Below are positions 49,901 through 60,618 of a DNA stretch of 64,000 bases, piece after piece; position 1 is the first letter of the stretch; each line of letters opens with the position of its first letter. Source of the stretch: an uncultured Clostridia bacterium (GTDB taxonomy: Bacteria > Bacillota > Clostridia > TANB77 > CAG-508); assembly GCA_963556905.1 (NCBI GenBank), contig CAUWAY010000001.1, positions 89,720-153,719 of the forward strand. Reading direction: 5' to 3'. The notes beneath the pieces are model-generated. The model was not told where the DNA came from, did no database searches, and saw only the letters and a program-made list of their open reading frames with translations. The position numbers and the translations under genes are program-made.

Positions 49901-52900
49901 CTTTTTACTTGTTCTTCAAATATTTCTGCAATATTCTTATCTTTTTGATATTCTAATTTATTATTATTAAATTCATTTAAAATCTTGTCTTTTTCCTCAT
50001 CACTTAATATTGAAATATTTTTTATTTTTATATTGATATTTTCAACTATTGTTTCTAATATATTTAGATAATGTTTTGAAAATCTATTTATAAATTTATT
50101 ATCAAATAATTCTGTACAATATTCAAAAGATAGTTGTATTTCATCTTCTAATGGTATAACTTCTAATGAAATATCAAATTTTGATGTTTTTGACTTTGGT
50201 ATACAATATTTTGTTGAAGTTTTTCCAATTTTTAATGTTTGTATTCCATTATTTTGATATGTAAACATTGTGTCAAATAAAGGTTTTCTATTTGTGTCTC
50301 TTAGTAACTCCAAATCTTTAACTAACATGTCAAACGGATATTCTTGATGTGAAAGACATTCAATACAATATTCTTTTACTTTGTTTAAAAATTGTATAAA
50401 TTCATCTTCTGATGTAATATTTTCCCTTAATGGTAAACTATTTACAAACATTCCTATCATTTGCTTTAGTTCACTACAAATTCTACCAGATACAGCTGTT
50501 CCAATAACAATATCTTCTTGTCCTGTATATTTATATAATAATATATAATATGCTGAAAGCATTATTATGTATGGAGTTAAATTATTTGCTTTTGCTATAT
50601 TTTCTATTTTTTCTTTTAGCTTTTTTGAAATTATCATTGTACATGTATCTCCATTATAACTTCGCTTTACAGGTCTAGGATATGTTGTAGGCATATTTAA
50701 TATTGGAACTTCATTAATAAATTGCTTTTTCCAAAATTTTTTACTATCATCAAATTTATTGTTTTTTAGTTGTTCATTTTCCCATTCTGAAAAATCTTTA
50801 TAGTCAATTGGTAATTTTTCTAATTTTTCATCATTATATAAGTTTATTACTTCATTTAAAAATATTTTTAATGAACCTCCATCAAATATTATGTGGTGTA
50901 TATTTAACATTAATAAACATTTGTTATTAGGTAATTTCACTAAATATATTTTAAATAGAGGAGGATTCTTTAAATCAAATGTATCTTGATATTTATTAAA
51001 TATTTCATCAATATCATTTGTTTCAGAATTCACTTCATCTATATTTACATATATCTTTGGAACTATTTTCTGTACTATTTGGCTATTTTCTGATATTTCA
51101 AAATATGTTCTTAATATTTCATGTCTTTCTACTACTTTGTTAACTGCTTCTTGAATTTTTTCTTTATTAAGTATACTATCTACTAATATTCCTCCTGTAA
51201 TATTATATAATGTTGATGTATTTTCCATATTACTTGTTAAATATATTCTTTTTTGTGCTGATGATGCTTGATAATATTCTGCTTTTGGAGCTTTTCCGAT
51301 TTCTATAATTTTTTCAAGACTTGTTGCTTGCTCTGCTAGTTTTCTGATTGTAGGATATTTGAATATATCACTATATTTTATGTTTAATTTTTCTTTTGAC
51401 ATTTCTATTACTAGCATCATTGCACTAATTGAGTCTCCACCATATTCAAAGAAATTGTCATCTATACTCAATTCTTCTACTTTTAATATTTTTTTCATAA
51501 TATTATATATTTCTTGTTGTTTCTCATTTATTGGTTTGATTATTTCTCTTTCTAAGTTGTTAACTTTAGGTATTAGTGCATTTTTGTCTATTTTTCCATT
51601 TGGTGTATATGGAAATTTTTCTAATTCTGTAAAATAATTTGGTATCATGTAATTGGGTAAATATTTGTATAAATAAGTTCTTAATTCTGAAATTCTTATT
51701 TTTTCATTTGATATGTAATATGCTGATATTACTTCTTTATTTCCTATATTTTGCTTTATAACTTTTGCTTTTTTTATATTTGGAAATTCAATTATTCTTT
51801 TCTCTATTTCTTCTAATTCAATTCTTAGTCCTCTTATTTTTACTTGATTATCTATTCTTCCAAGACACTCTAGTTCTCCATTTTCAGTAAATTTACAGAT
51901 GTCTCCTGTTTTATACATTATATTATTTTTTAAGAATGGATTTTCTATATATCTTTCTTTTGTTATATCTTCTCTATTTAAGTATCCATCTCCAACTCCA
52001 TCTCCTGAAATGTATAGTTCTCCTGCAACTCCTATTGGAAGTACTTTTAAGTTTTCATCTAAAACATATACTTGTGTATTTGCTATAGGTCTTCCTATTG
52101 TTATATCATTTTTTATTTCTTTGGCTGTTGACCATACTGTTGTTTCTGTTGGTCCATATAAATTAAATATTTTTGCATTAGATACATTTTTTATTTTCAT
52201 AACTAGTGTTTCATCTAATGGTTCTCCTGCAATTAGTATATCTGTCATATTATTAAAGAATTGTAAATTTTCTTTATCTTCAAATATTAATGAATATCTT
52301 GATGGTGTTGTTTGAATAATGTTGACTTTATTTTTCAAACACAATTTGTTTAATAATTCAGGTGTATTTTGTTCATCTTCATTTGCCATAACTAATGTTA
52401 GTCCTGATGTTAGTGCTCCCCATATTTCTAGTTCAAATATATCAAAACAAATTGTTGTAACAGATACAATTACCTTATTTGGATTTAAGTCAATAATTTT
52501 TCTAGCTCCATTTATGAAATTATACAGATTTTTATGGTTTACTTTTACTCCTTTTGGTTTTCCAGTAGAACCTGATGTATATATTACATATGCTAAATTC
52601 GTTTGCTTTGTTTCTTTTACTGTATTTTTAATTTCTTTAGAATATATTTCTGTATTTTCATAATCTGCATTTATTTTTTCTGCATACTGTATTTTGTCAT
52701 ACAATTTAGAACTTGTTATAAGTAGTTTAGCTTTACTATTTTCTAACATATATTCTATTCTTTCTTTCGGATATGTAGGGTCTATTGGGGTATAACATGC
52801 TCCTATTTTTGCTACAGCTAAAATAGAACTTATGACTTCTAGTGATCTTGGTAACATTACTCCAATTATATCATTTTCTTTTATTCCCCTATCTTTCATA

Positions 52901-55900
52901 TATGTTGCAAGTTGGTTTGCTTTTTGGTTTAATTGCTTAAATGTTATTTTTTTGTCTTCAAATATAACAGCTATCTTGTTAGGATTTTTCTTTACTTGTT
53001 CTTCAAAATAATCTACTATTGTTTTATTTTTTTCATATTCTAATTTTGTATCATTAAAATCATATAAAATTTTATTTTTTTCTTTTTTAGATATTATATC
53101 TATATCTTTTATTTTTATTTCACTATTTTCCATTATTGAATTTATAGTATTCATATAATGTTTAAAAAGTCTTTCAATAGTTTGTTTCTTAAATAAGTCT
53201 GTGCAATATTCTATGTTAATAGTATGAGTTTTTGGTTTTATTTCCAATGATAAGTTAAATTTTGAAACCTTATTATCCATTTCAATAATTTGTGTTTCTT
53301 TATTATTTAATTTTATAATATTTTCTTGTTTATTTTGATATGTGAACATTACATCAAATAGTGGATTTCTTGAGTTGTCACCTTTTATGCCTAATTTTTT
53401 TACCAATATATCAAATGGATATGGTTGATTTGTTAAATCATCTAATATTTGTTCTTTTATTTTATTTACAAATTCTTGGAATGTCTCATCATTATTGATA
53501 TTTGCTTTTACTACAATATTGTTTACAAACATTCCTATCATTCTTTTTGTTTCATTTATATCTCTATTTGCATATGGACTTCCTAATATTATCTCTTTTT
53601 GTCCTGTATATTTATACAATAATATAAAAAATGCTGATATAAATAACATATATGGTGATACTCCTATTTTTTTTGCAAATCGTTCTATTTTTTTGAATTT
53701 TTTTTCATCAATAATGTTACTGATTTTATTTCCATTATAACTTCTGTTTGCTGTTATTTTATAATCATATGGTAAATTTAAACTTAACATTTCTGCATTT
53801 TTAAATTTGTTTATCCAGTAATTTTCATGTTTTTTAAATTCTTCACTTTCTTTATATTTATTTTCCCAAACTGCATAATCTTTATATTGAATTGGTATCT
53901 TTTTTAGGTTTTCTCCATTATATAGTCTTTCAAATTCTATTATTAAGTTATTTAAAGATATTCCATCCATTATTATGTGATGTGATTCTACTAATAATAA
54001 TGTTTTTTTATTGTCTATATAATGTAATTCAACTCTGAATAATGGTTCTTTTTCTAATTCAAATGGTTTTGAAAACTTATGTATTATTTCTTGGATTTCT
54101 TTTTGACCGTTATTGTAAGTTGGAACTTCAAATTTCATGTTTTCTTTTATAACTTGAACAATGTTATTTTGTTTTACTACAAATGCTGTTCTTAGTGTGC
54201 TATGTCTTTCTATTATTTTTTTTAGTGCATCTTTTACTTTTTCTTTTTCTAATATTTCATCAAACATTATTCCACCAGTCATATTGTAAACTGTGTTATT
54301 TTTTCCTATCATTTTTGAGTTATAATAAATCCTTTTTTGTGCTGATGATAATGGATATTCTGTTTGTTCTATTGCTTTCTCAATTTTTATTTTTGACATT
54401 CCATTTTCTTTATTTTCTGTTATTAAATCTGAGATTTCTTCTAATGTTTTATTTGACATTATATCTTTTATATAAATTTGTACATTAAATTTTGACGAAA
54501 TCTTTGTTAATAATGTTATTGCTGTTAACGAATCTCCTCCTAGGTCTAATAATGTATCTGATAGGCTTACATTTTCTATTTGTAATATTTTTTTAACTAT
54601 TTTTAATAGTTCTTCATCTGTTTCATTTCTTATTTCTATTTTTTCTTTATTTTTTTCATTTAATTTTGGCATTGGTAATGCTTTTTTATCTATCTTTCCA
54701 TTTGGAGTATGTGGCATTTGTTCTAATTTTATAAAATATTGTGGCATCATATATTGAGGTAATTTACTATGTATTACTGTTTTTATAACAGTTTCATTTA
54801 CTGGTCCATTTTGAGTATAATATGCACATAATGCTTCTCTATTATTTACTTGTTTTTTTACAACTACACAGTCAGATATATTACAATTTGTAAGCATTTG
54901 TTTTTCTATTTCTTGTAGTTCTATTCTTAGTCCTCTTATTTTTACTTGATTATCTATTCTTCCATAACATAAAATGTCTCCTATTTCATTATAAGTTCCT
55001 AAATCTCCTGTTTTATACATTATAGTTCCTGGAATAAATGGATTTGAAATAAAATTTTTTTCTGTTTGCTCTTTTTTGTTTATATATCCTTTTCCTACGC
55101 CATCACCTGAAATATACATTTCGCCGATTACTCCTTGTGGCACTATTTTCTTATTTTTGTTTAATATATATATTTGGGTATTAGCTATTGGTTTTCCTAT
55201 TGTTATTATTTCTTTATTTGTAACATTTGCTGTACTTGAAAATATTGTAGTTTCTGATGGTCCATATCCATTATATATTGTTACTTCTGGTATAAGATTT
55301 TTAATATTTTCCACTAATTTTTTTGGGAGTTGTTCACCTGCAAGCATTATATATTTTAATGTTCTTAGATTTTCTTTAGATGTATTATTTTCTAAGTGAA
55401 ATTTCATTACAGAAGGAGTTGTTTGTATAATTTCTATTTCATTTTCTTTTATTATTTTTTCTAGTTCTGATGTTATTTTTTGTTGGTTTTCATTTGTCAT
55501 GTAAACTGTTAGTCCTCTTGTTAATGAAATAAGTGTCTCAAATTCAAATATGTCAAATGAGACTGTTGTTATAGAAATTATTTTATGTTTTTTTTCATCT
55601 TTTAAATATTCTATATTTTTAAGCATTGCATTATAGAAATTGCTTAAATTTTGTTGTGTTAACATTACTCCTTTGGGTTCTCCTGTTGAACCTGATGTAT
55701 ATATTAAATATGACAAGTCATTAGGTTTTGATATATTTTTTGAATTTTCTTTGTTTTTGTCATATATTTCTTTATTGTTTAATTTTATATTTATTATTTT
55801 TGTATTTGTCTTTATTTTTTGTTCTTTTCTTTTATCTGTTAATAGTATTTCTACATTACTATCTTTTAACATATATTCTATTCTATCATTAGGGTAATTA

Positions 55901-57507
55901 GGGTCTATTGGTATATAAGCTCCTCCTGATTTTAATACTGCAAGTATTGCTATTAATATTTCTGAAGAACGTTGAACCATTATTCCTACTATTGAATTAT
56001 TTGTTACTCCACTTTTCCTTAAAACTGCACATAGACTATTTGCTTTTTGATTTAGCTCTTTGTATGTTATTGATTTATTTTCAAATACTATTGCTATATT
56101 ATTGGGTGTTTTTTCAACTTGTTCTTCAAAATATTTTATTATTGGTTTTTCAAAATTATATTGTAAATAATTTTCGTTTGCTTTTTTCAATATTTCTTGT
56201 TTTTCTTCAGGTGTTACAATTTCTATATCTTTTATTTCTATATCTTGTTTTTCTATTACTTGTGAAATTATGTTTAAAATTCTACTATGTAATTTTTCTA
56301 TATCTTTTTCATCATATATACTTGTTTTATAATCATATGAAATATTTAATGTTCCTGTATCATTCAAATCATATATTTGTATGTCTATATTTTCAGCACA
56401 GTATCCATTAAAAGTCCATTCTGTTTTATATTTTATCCCAGCTTCTTTAGTTTGTGCATTTGTTATCTGATATGATAATAAAATATTATATAAGTTTGGA
56501 ATTTTTCTATTTTCTTTTCTTAAATCTTCTAATAAATTTTGATAAGAATATTTTTGATGTTTTAACATTTGCATAGAATCTTGCGCTATGTTCTTTACAA
56601 GTGTCTTAAAATCTCCTATTCCCCCTAAACTAATAAGAAATGGTGCCATATTTATATACATTCCTGCTGAATTTTTTTCTTTAAAGTTTGTCCTGTTTAA
56701 AATTGGTGTTCCTATTACAAATTCTTGTAAATTTGATATTTCTGATATATATATCCCATATATTGCCATCAAAAAGTTGTATAATGATATCTTATTAGTT
56801 TTACAATATTCTTTTAGTTTTTCTACTTCTTCTTTTTCTAATTTATATTGTATTCTTCTTCCTTTTGGATTATTTAAGTCTATATTTCCTTCTATACTTC
56901 CTGGTATTGTTGCTACTTCTGGTATTGTTTTAAATTTTTCTTTCCAATATTGTTTATCTTTTTGGTATCTATCACTTTTTAAATATTCTTTTTCGCTTTT
57001 AATGTGGTCCATATATGAATATATTATTTGATTTTGAATTTTTTTATTTTGTTTTAATTCTGAATATGTTTGAATAATTTGGTTACAAATAAGCGCAAGT
57101 GTCCATGCGTCTGATATTAAATGGTGTATGTTGAACAAAAATGCTCCATTACCATTTTTGAATTTAAAGATATAAAAATTAAAGAGTTGTGAATCCTCTA
57201 GTTTAAATGGTGTTTTTACAATTTTTTCTCTGTGTTTTTTTAGTTCATTTAAGTTGTCAACTTTAATAGTATCTATCTTAACTTCTTTTGGGATAGATAA
57301 TACTTGTTTTAATTCTCCGTTTTTTATTTTGAAACGTAATTTAAAATTGTCATGCATTTTGTATACAATTTGTATAGATTTTTTTAATTTTTCGAAATCA
57401 ACTTTTTCTTCTATTACAGCAGTTCCGCATATGCTATTTACTGTGCTGCCTTTGTAATACTGCTCAGTTACCCATATTGATTTCTGAGAGTTTGTTAATT
57501 CTTCCAT
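46993..57507 (-). CDS. Trimodular NRPS, C-A-T-C-A-T-C-A-T-R
   Basis: HHLISD/HHIIMDG/HHIIFDG, three YTSGSTG.PKG, three GGDS, terminal GATGYLG...YxxxK reductase. Confidence 0.95.
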   Translation of the reverse strand: MEELTNSQKSIWVTEQYYKGSTVNSICGTAVIEEKVDFEKLKKSIQIVYKMHDNFKLRFKIKNGELKQVLSIPKEVKIDTIKVDNLNELKKHREKIVKTPFKLEDSQLFNFYIFKFKNGNGAFLFNIHHLISDAWTLALICNQIIQTYSELKQNKKIQNQIIYSYMDHIKSEKEYLKSDRYQKDKQYWKEKFKTIPEVATIPGSIEGNIDLNNPKGRRIQYKLEKEEVEKLKEYCKTNKISLYNFLMAIYGIYISEISNLQEFVIGTPILNRTNFKEKNSAGMYINMAPFLISLGGIGDFKTLVKNIAQDSMQMLKHQKYSYQNLLEDLRKENRKIPNLYNILLSYQITNAQTKEAGIKYKTEWTFNGYCAENIDIQIYDLNDTGTLNISYDYKTSIYDEKDIEKLHSRILNIISQVIEKQDIEIKDIEIVTPEEKQEILKKANENYLQYNFEKPIIKYFEEQVEKTPNNIAIVFENKSITYKELNQKANSLCAVLRKSGVTNNSIVGIMVQRSSEILIAILAVLKSGGAYIPIDPNYPNDRIEYMLKDSNVEILLTDKRKEQKIKTNTKIINIKLNNKEIYDKNKENSKNISKPNDLSYLIYTSGSTGEPKGVMLTQQNLSNFYNAMLKNIEYLKDEKKHKIISITTVSFDIFEFETLISLTRGLTVYMTNENQQKITSELEKIIKENEIEIIQTTPSVMKFHLENNTSKENLRTLKYIMLAGEQLPKKLVENIKNLIPEVTIYNGYGPSETTIFSSTANVTNKEIITIGKPIANTQIYILNKNKKIVPQGVIGEMYISGDGVGKGYINKKEQTEKNFISNPFIPGTIMYKTGDLGTYNEIGDILCYGRIDNQVKIRGLRIELQEIEKQMLTNCNISDCVVVKKQVNNREALCAYYTQNGPVNETVIKTVIHSKLPQYMMPQYFIKLEQMPHTPNGKIDKKALPMPKLNEKNKEKIEIRNETDEELLKIVKKILQIENVSLSDTLLDLGGDSLTAITLLTKISSKFNVQIYIKDIMSNKTLEEISDLITENKENGMSKIKIEKAIEQTEYPLSSAQKRIYYNSKMIGKNNTVYNMTGGIMFDEILEKEKVKDALKKIIERHSTLRTAFVVKQNNIVQVIKENMKFEVPTYNNGQKEIQEIIHKFSKPFELEKEPLFRVELHYIDNKKTLLLVESHHIIMDGISLNNLIIEFERLYNGENLKKIPIQYKDYAVWENKYKESEEFKKHENYWINKFKNAEMLSLNLPYDYKITANRSYNGNKISNIIDEKKFKKIERFAKKIGVSPYMLFISAFFILLYKYTGQKEIILGSPYANRDINETKRMIGMFVNNIVVKANINNDETFQEFVNKIKEQILDDLTNQPYPFDILVKKLGIKGDNSRNPLFDVMFTYQNKQENIIKLNNKETQIIEMDNKVSKFNLSLEIKPKTHTINIEYCTDLFKKQTIERLFKHYMNTINSIMENSEIKIKDIDIISKKEKNKILYDFNDTKLEYEKNKTIVDYFEEQVKKNPNKIAVIFEDKKITFKQLNQKANQLATYMKDRGIKENDIIGVMLPRSLEVISSILAVAKIGACYTPIDPTYPKERIEYMLENSKAKLLITSSKLYDKIQYAEKINADYENTEIYSKEIKNTVKETKQTNLAYVIYTSGSTGKPKGVKVNHKNLYNFINGARKIIDLNPNKVIVSVTTICFDIFELEIWGALTSGLTLVMANEDEQNTPELLNKLCLKNKVNIIQTTPSRYSLIFEDKENLQFFNNMTDILIAGEPLDETLVMKIKNVSNAKIFNLYGPTETTVWSTAKEIKNDITIGRPIANTQVYVLDENLKVLPIGVAGELYISGDGVGDGYLNREDITKERYIENPFLKNNIMYKTGDICKFTENGELECLGRIDNQVKIRGLRIELEEIEKRIIEFPNIKKAKVIKQNIGNKEVISAYYISNEKIRISELRTYLYKYLPNYMIPNYFTELEKFPYTPNGKIDKNALIPKVNNLEREIIKPINEKQQEIYNIMKKILKVEELSIDDNFFEYGGDSISAMMLVIEMSKEKLNIKYSDIFKYPTIRKLAEQATSLEKIIEIGKAPKAEYYQASSAQKRIYLTSNMENTSTLYNITGGILVDSILNKEKIQEAVNKVVERHEILRTYFEISENSQIVQKIVPKIYVNIDEVNSETNDIDEIFNKYQDTFDLKNPPLFKIYLVKLPNNKCLLMLNIHHIIFDGGSLKIFLNEVINLYNDEKLEKLPIDYKDFSEWENEQLKNNKFDDSKKFWKKQFINEVPILNMPTTYPRPVKRSYNGDTCTMIISKKLKEKIENIAKANNLTPYIIMLSAYYILLYKYTGQEDIVIGTAVSGRICSELKQMIGMFVNSLPLRENITSEDEFIQFLNKVKEYCIECLSHQEYPFDMLVKDLELLRDTNRKPLFDTMFTYQNNGIQTLKIGKTSTKYCIPKSKTSKFDISLEVIPLEDEIQLSFEYCTELFDNKFINRFSKHYLNILETIVENINIKIKNISILSDEEKDKILNEFNNNKLEYQKDKNIAEIFEEQVKRNENNIAVKYKDQEITYGELNKKSNYIANILKQNGVKTGDVVGINLTRSIELIISIMGVLKIGAIYMPMYTEYPKERLEYMLQNSNTKLMICKKNNDLEFKGEKIEIQTYTNIKEDEEITEKTKISPEEIAYLIYTSGSTGKPKGVQIRHENLINFVYAFKEYYKNKINDKDKFLASTNISFDVSIWEIFLPILSGVTLVLYEEEIIKDIFKYAEAVIKYDITGLYIPPNILEEVYNIIKEKEVKINKMLVGVEPIRKEVLNKYYNLNENMMIVNGYGPTETTVCCTALEYKKDISKGIASIGRPLKNDRIYILSKDMNIQPIGVEGEIYVTGTGVGSGYINREEETKKNFLLNIFDKNSKMMYKTGDIAKWNEDGTIDFKGRNDNQVKIAGHRIELDEINHAIMEYPSVIKAYTDIKKKGEINYIISYYTSEKEISPTDLKAFLKEKLAEYMIPNFIKQIDEFPLTPNGKIDKNKLTFEFSTKTQYIEPRDEFEKKLEKIFKKLFLVKKVSIDDNFFELGGDSLTAIKFQVEALNEGLKITYSDIFSNPTIRMLSENKNKKISYDIDEKYDYTKINEIIAQNDISKIKNNIPKKKIKNVLLIGATGYLGIHILEQLILSNANKIYCLVRKKSAIEPETRLKNYLEFYFGDKYNYLLGRKIIVINGDITDKKFGQTSDEEYENLTQKVDCVIHTAAIVKHYGNFKKFNDTNVEGTKNVINFCKKHNKKLYYISTLSVSGNVAKKSDEEKTKSFKENEFYINQDLNNVYIFTKFEAEKKIFESIQTGLDACILRVGNMTNRLSDGKFQINISENAFISRIKAIMKLGVVQEKFIKHALEFTPVDSCAEAIVKIIESNPEFTVFHLFNDNFLNIGILLQYLNELGIIIKPVNDEEFSQKVTLALKNEKMRSDINGIVTELDKNKLMNIISSVIPNSDFTKEYLKRLGFKWQEVDKTYIIKYIEYLKKIKYI

Positions 57508-57677
57508 TTTACTACATCCTTTTTCCCTTTTTGTGTATTGCACTCTTTTAGTATAACACAAACTTACAATTTTTGCAATTTTTTTCAAAAATTTTTTATT
57601 TTTTTCGACATAAAATATTTGATTAATAAAGTAAAATTTAAAAGTGGTAGCTGAATTTCAGCTACCATCCAAATTGA

Positions 57678-58475
57678 TTAACCGTATTTTTCTATTTTCT
57701 CTCTTAACTCACTTATTCCTTTTTCTCCTATTCTGTTTATTTTCAGAAGTTGTTCTTCTGACATTGCACAGATTTGTTCTATACTAACAATCCCTTCTCG
57801 CATTAGGGCATTGTATACCCTATTTGATAATTTCAAACTGGATATATGGTTCCTTCCATCTGTAGAAAATTCCTGTACTCTGTTTTTCCATTTCAGATAA
57901 TTATCATTTTCTTTATTTGGAAAATAATAATATTCTTTGTAAATTTTTAATAGAGCCCAATATTCCGTATTTTTGACTTGATCTATAGACCAGCCTAGTT
58001 TTACACTCAAGTCTTTGAGTGTTCTTTTTTTGGTTTTAAATCCAGTCAAACTTCTTACTATAAAGATTTCAGTTTCGTTCAAGATTTCATTGAACATTTC
58101 CTCCAATTGTTTCTCGAACTCTATAGAAGTTCCGTTATAGGGGCCTTCTATGCCTATTTTTTTTCTCAACAGCACCAACGGATAAATTTCATCTATGCGC
58201 TCATAGCTTTCGTCTTTAAATACCTTATTAATTTTTCCTTCTTCATATATCAATAATTTTTTTGCAATTGACATATGCTTTAATGCTTTTCGGTAAGATT
58301 TTACCTCTACCTTTTTAGTTGGTTCTAAGAACCATTTTTTTTCAAACACTTCCTTATCTTCTTCTGGAATGCATTCCAAAAGTTTTTTTAGCTCAATTTC
58401 ATTTATAATGATGAAATTTGAAAATGCTCTTTCCTTGGAAAAATAATGTAGACAGTTCCGCATGTTGTTGTTCAT
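57678..58475 (-). CDS. Sigma-70 region 4-like HTH plus RNA polymerase alpha-CTD-like protein
   Basis: LNETEIFIV..TLKDLSVKLGWSIDQV..ALLKI and LKLSNRVYNALMREGI..LLKINRIGEKGISEL. Confidence 0.7.
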   Translation of the reverse strand: MNNNMRNCLHYFSKERAFSNFIIINEIELKKLLECIPEEDKEVFEKKWFLEPTKKVEVKSYRKALKHMSIAKKLLIYEEGKINKVFKDESYERIDEIYPLVLLRKKIGIEGPYNGTSIEFEKQLEEMFNEILNETEIFIVRSLTGFKTKKRTLKDLSVKLGWSIDQVKNTEYWALLKIYKEYYYFPNKENDNYLKWKNRVQEFSTDGRNHISSLKLSNRVYNALMREGIVSIEQICAMSEEQLLKINRIGEKGISELREKIEKYG

Positions 58476-58634
58476 CTTTTTTTCCTTTCTACGTCTCAAT
58501 TTGTTTTTTTGAACACATATATGCATTCTTTTCAACTTATTATAATTCTAATTATATCACTTTATTTATTTTATGTCAATTGATTTGTATTATAAAAAGC
58601 TCTTATCATATTTTCTATGATAAAGAGCTTTTAG

Positions 58635-59489
58635 CTAGTTTTGGTATGATCTTAAATCTATTCCATATGTTTTATATATCCAATCATAATAATCCCATTG
58701 TTCTAATGTTTTTGGCATTCCATAATCTATTCCGTTTGTCTCTACAGTTACTTTAGAAATTACCACATCTTTCACTGGTATACTTTTCTCTTTTTCTTCT
58801 TTTGTTTCTTCAGAAGAATTTTTTTCTGTTTCTTTAGAGTTTTCTATTGCTTTTACTTCAACTTTTTCAATAGCATGTACTACATCCATTCCTTCAATTA
58901 CTTTTCCAAAAGCAGCATAGCTTCCATCTAGTGATGTATTATTGGCTGTCATTATAAAAAATTGTGAACCTGCTGAATTATAGCTTTCTTCTGATAGATT
59001 TGGAGAATATGATGTATAGTCTGCTCTGGCCATTGAGATTACTCCTTCTTGATGTTTTAGTGTATTTTTGTGTTTATTTGCTAAAAATTCTCCTTTAATA
59101 CAATATTCTCTATCATTTTCTTTCTTAATGTTTGGGTCTAAGTCGCTTAAATTTGGTGAACCTGTTCCGTCTCCATTTATGTCTCCTCCTTGTATCATAA
59201 ATCCATCTACAACTCTATGAAATTTTAATCCATCATAAAAGCCATTTTGTGATAATTTCACAAAATTTGCGACTGTTTCTGGTGCAATTTCTGGGTATAA
59301 TTCTAGTTTTATTGTTCCATAATTTTCTACTTCCATTGTTACAATTGGATTTTTTACTTCCATTGTTGCTTTTTTAAAATATCCATATGATATTCCCCCT
59401 ATTACTACTAATAGTGCTATTAACGCAATTATTGTTATAATATTCATTGTTTTTTTCATTTTAAATGTCTTTCCTTTCTTTTTATTCAT
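58635..59489 (-). CDS. Cyclophilin-type peptidyl-prolyl isomerase
   Basis: FHRVVDGFMIQGGD, SMAR, GSQFFI. Confidence 0.93.
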   Translation of the reverse strand: MNKKKGKTFKMKKTMNIITIIALIALLVVIGGISYGYFKKATMEVKNPIVTMEVENYGTIKLELYPEIAPETVANFVKLSQNGFYDGLKFHRVVDGFMIQGGDINGDGTGSPNLSDLDPNIKKENDREYCIKGEFLANKHKNTLKHQEGVISMARADYTSYSPNLSEESYNSAGSQFFIMTANNTSLDGSYAAFGKVIEGMDVVHAIEKVEVKAIENSKETEKNSSEETKEEKEKSIPVKDVVISKVTVETNGIDYGMPKTLEQWDYYDWIYKTYGIDLRSYQN

Positions 59490-59495
59490 AATATT

Positions 59496-60566
59496 TTATA
59501 TAATGTTGTCAAAAGCAAATTGCTCTTGCATTTTTCTAAGATATTGTTTTATTGCTCCTGCTCTTACTTCTCCTATCCCTTCAACTTTGTCTAAGTCATT
59601 TATTTCTGCTACTAATATATGTTGAAATGATTTAAAAGATTTTACTAAATTATCTACTATGCTACTTGGCATTCTTGGGACTTTATTTAATATTCTATAT
59701 CCTTTTGGATATACTGCAAGTTCTTCGAAATTTTCAAAGCTTTCATATCCTAATATTTTAGCAATTGTTGATAGTTTCATTAGTTCTTCATGTGATAATA
59801 TAGATAGTTGTTCTAGTATTTTATTTATTGGTGTATCTGCAACTACATAGTCTTTTATTAATTGAATTTCTTCTTTCTCTAGTCCACCTATAAGTTCCTC
59901 TAGTTGCATACTTACTAATCTTCCATCCTCTCCAAGTTCATAAATTTTCTTTTTTATTTCTTCTACTATTTTCATTACCATTTCAGCTCTTTGTATTACT
60001 GTTAAAACATTATCTAGTGTTACTATATCATTAAATTCATATTCATTCAATATGCTTAATTTGCTGTCATACACTTTTCTATATTTTTCAAGTGTTTGTA
60101 TTGCTTGATTTGCTTTGTTTAATACCATATCTGTATCTTCTAATATATATCTGTAATTTTCTTTGAATACTGTTATAATGTTTCTTCTTTGTGAAATACT
60201 TATTACAAGTTCTCCTGTTTGTTTGGCTGTTCTTTCTGCTGTTCTATGTCTTGTTCCAGTTTCTACTGTTTGTATTTGGTATGATGGTATTAATTGTGCA
60301 TTTGCAAATAAGATTTTTTTCATATCTCCACTTAGAACTATTGCTCCATCCATTTTGGCTAATTCGTATAGTCTTGCAGAAGTATAGTCTTCGTTTATAT
60401 AAAATCCTCCATCTACAATTTCATTTATTACTTCTTGCTTGTCTGTTATTAATAATAATGCACCTGTTCTTGCTTTTAAAATATTTTCTAGCCCATCTCT
60501 TATTGGTGTTCCAGGAGCTATTTTTTTTAATATCTCTGCTATTGGGTCTTCTTTTACTGCTTTCAC
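59496..60566 (-). CDS. disA: DNA integrity scanning diadenylate cyclase
   Basis: DGA and GTRHRTA motifs, C-terminal HhH, downstream of radA. Confidence 0.96.
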   Translation of the reverse strand: MKAVKEDPIAEILKKIAPGTPIRDGLENILKARTGALLLITDKQEVINEIVDGGFYINEDYTSARLYELAKMDGAIVLSGDMKKILFANAQLIPSYQIQTVETGTRHRTAERTAKQTGELVISISQRRNIITVFKENYRYILEDTDMVLNKANQAIQTLEKYRKVYDSKLSILNEYEFNDIVTLDNVLTVIQRAEMVMKIVEEIKKKIYELGEDGRLVSMQLEELIGGLEKEEIQLIKDYVVADTPINKILEQLSILSHEELMKLSTIAKILGYESFENFEELAVYPKGYRILNKVPRMPSSIVDNLVKSFKSFQHILVAEINDLDKVEGIGEVRAGAIKQYLRKMQEQFAFDNII

Positions 60567-60618
60567 CTTGCTTTCTTCCTTCCTTTAGCTAAATCTTTTT
60601 TATTTTTGGCATATGTTT

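Noticed and set aside
7770-54340. AGG as a second shifty codon
   Set aside because: In-frame AGG occurs within uninterrupted frames (DUF3102 gene, head-tail gene, ATPase, uvrC, NRPS)
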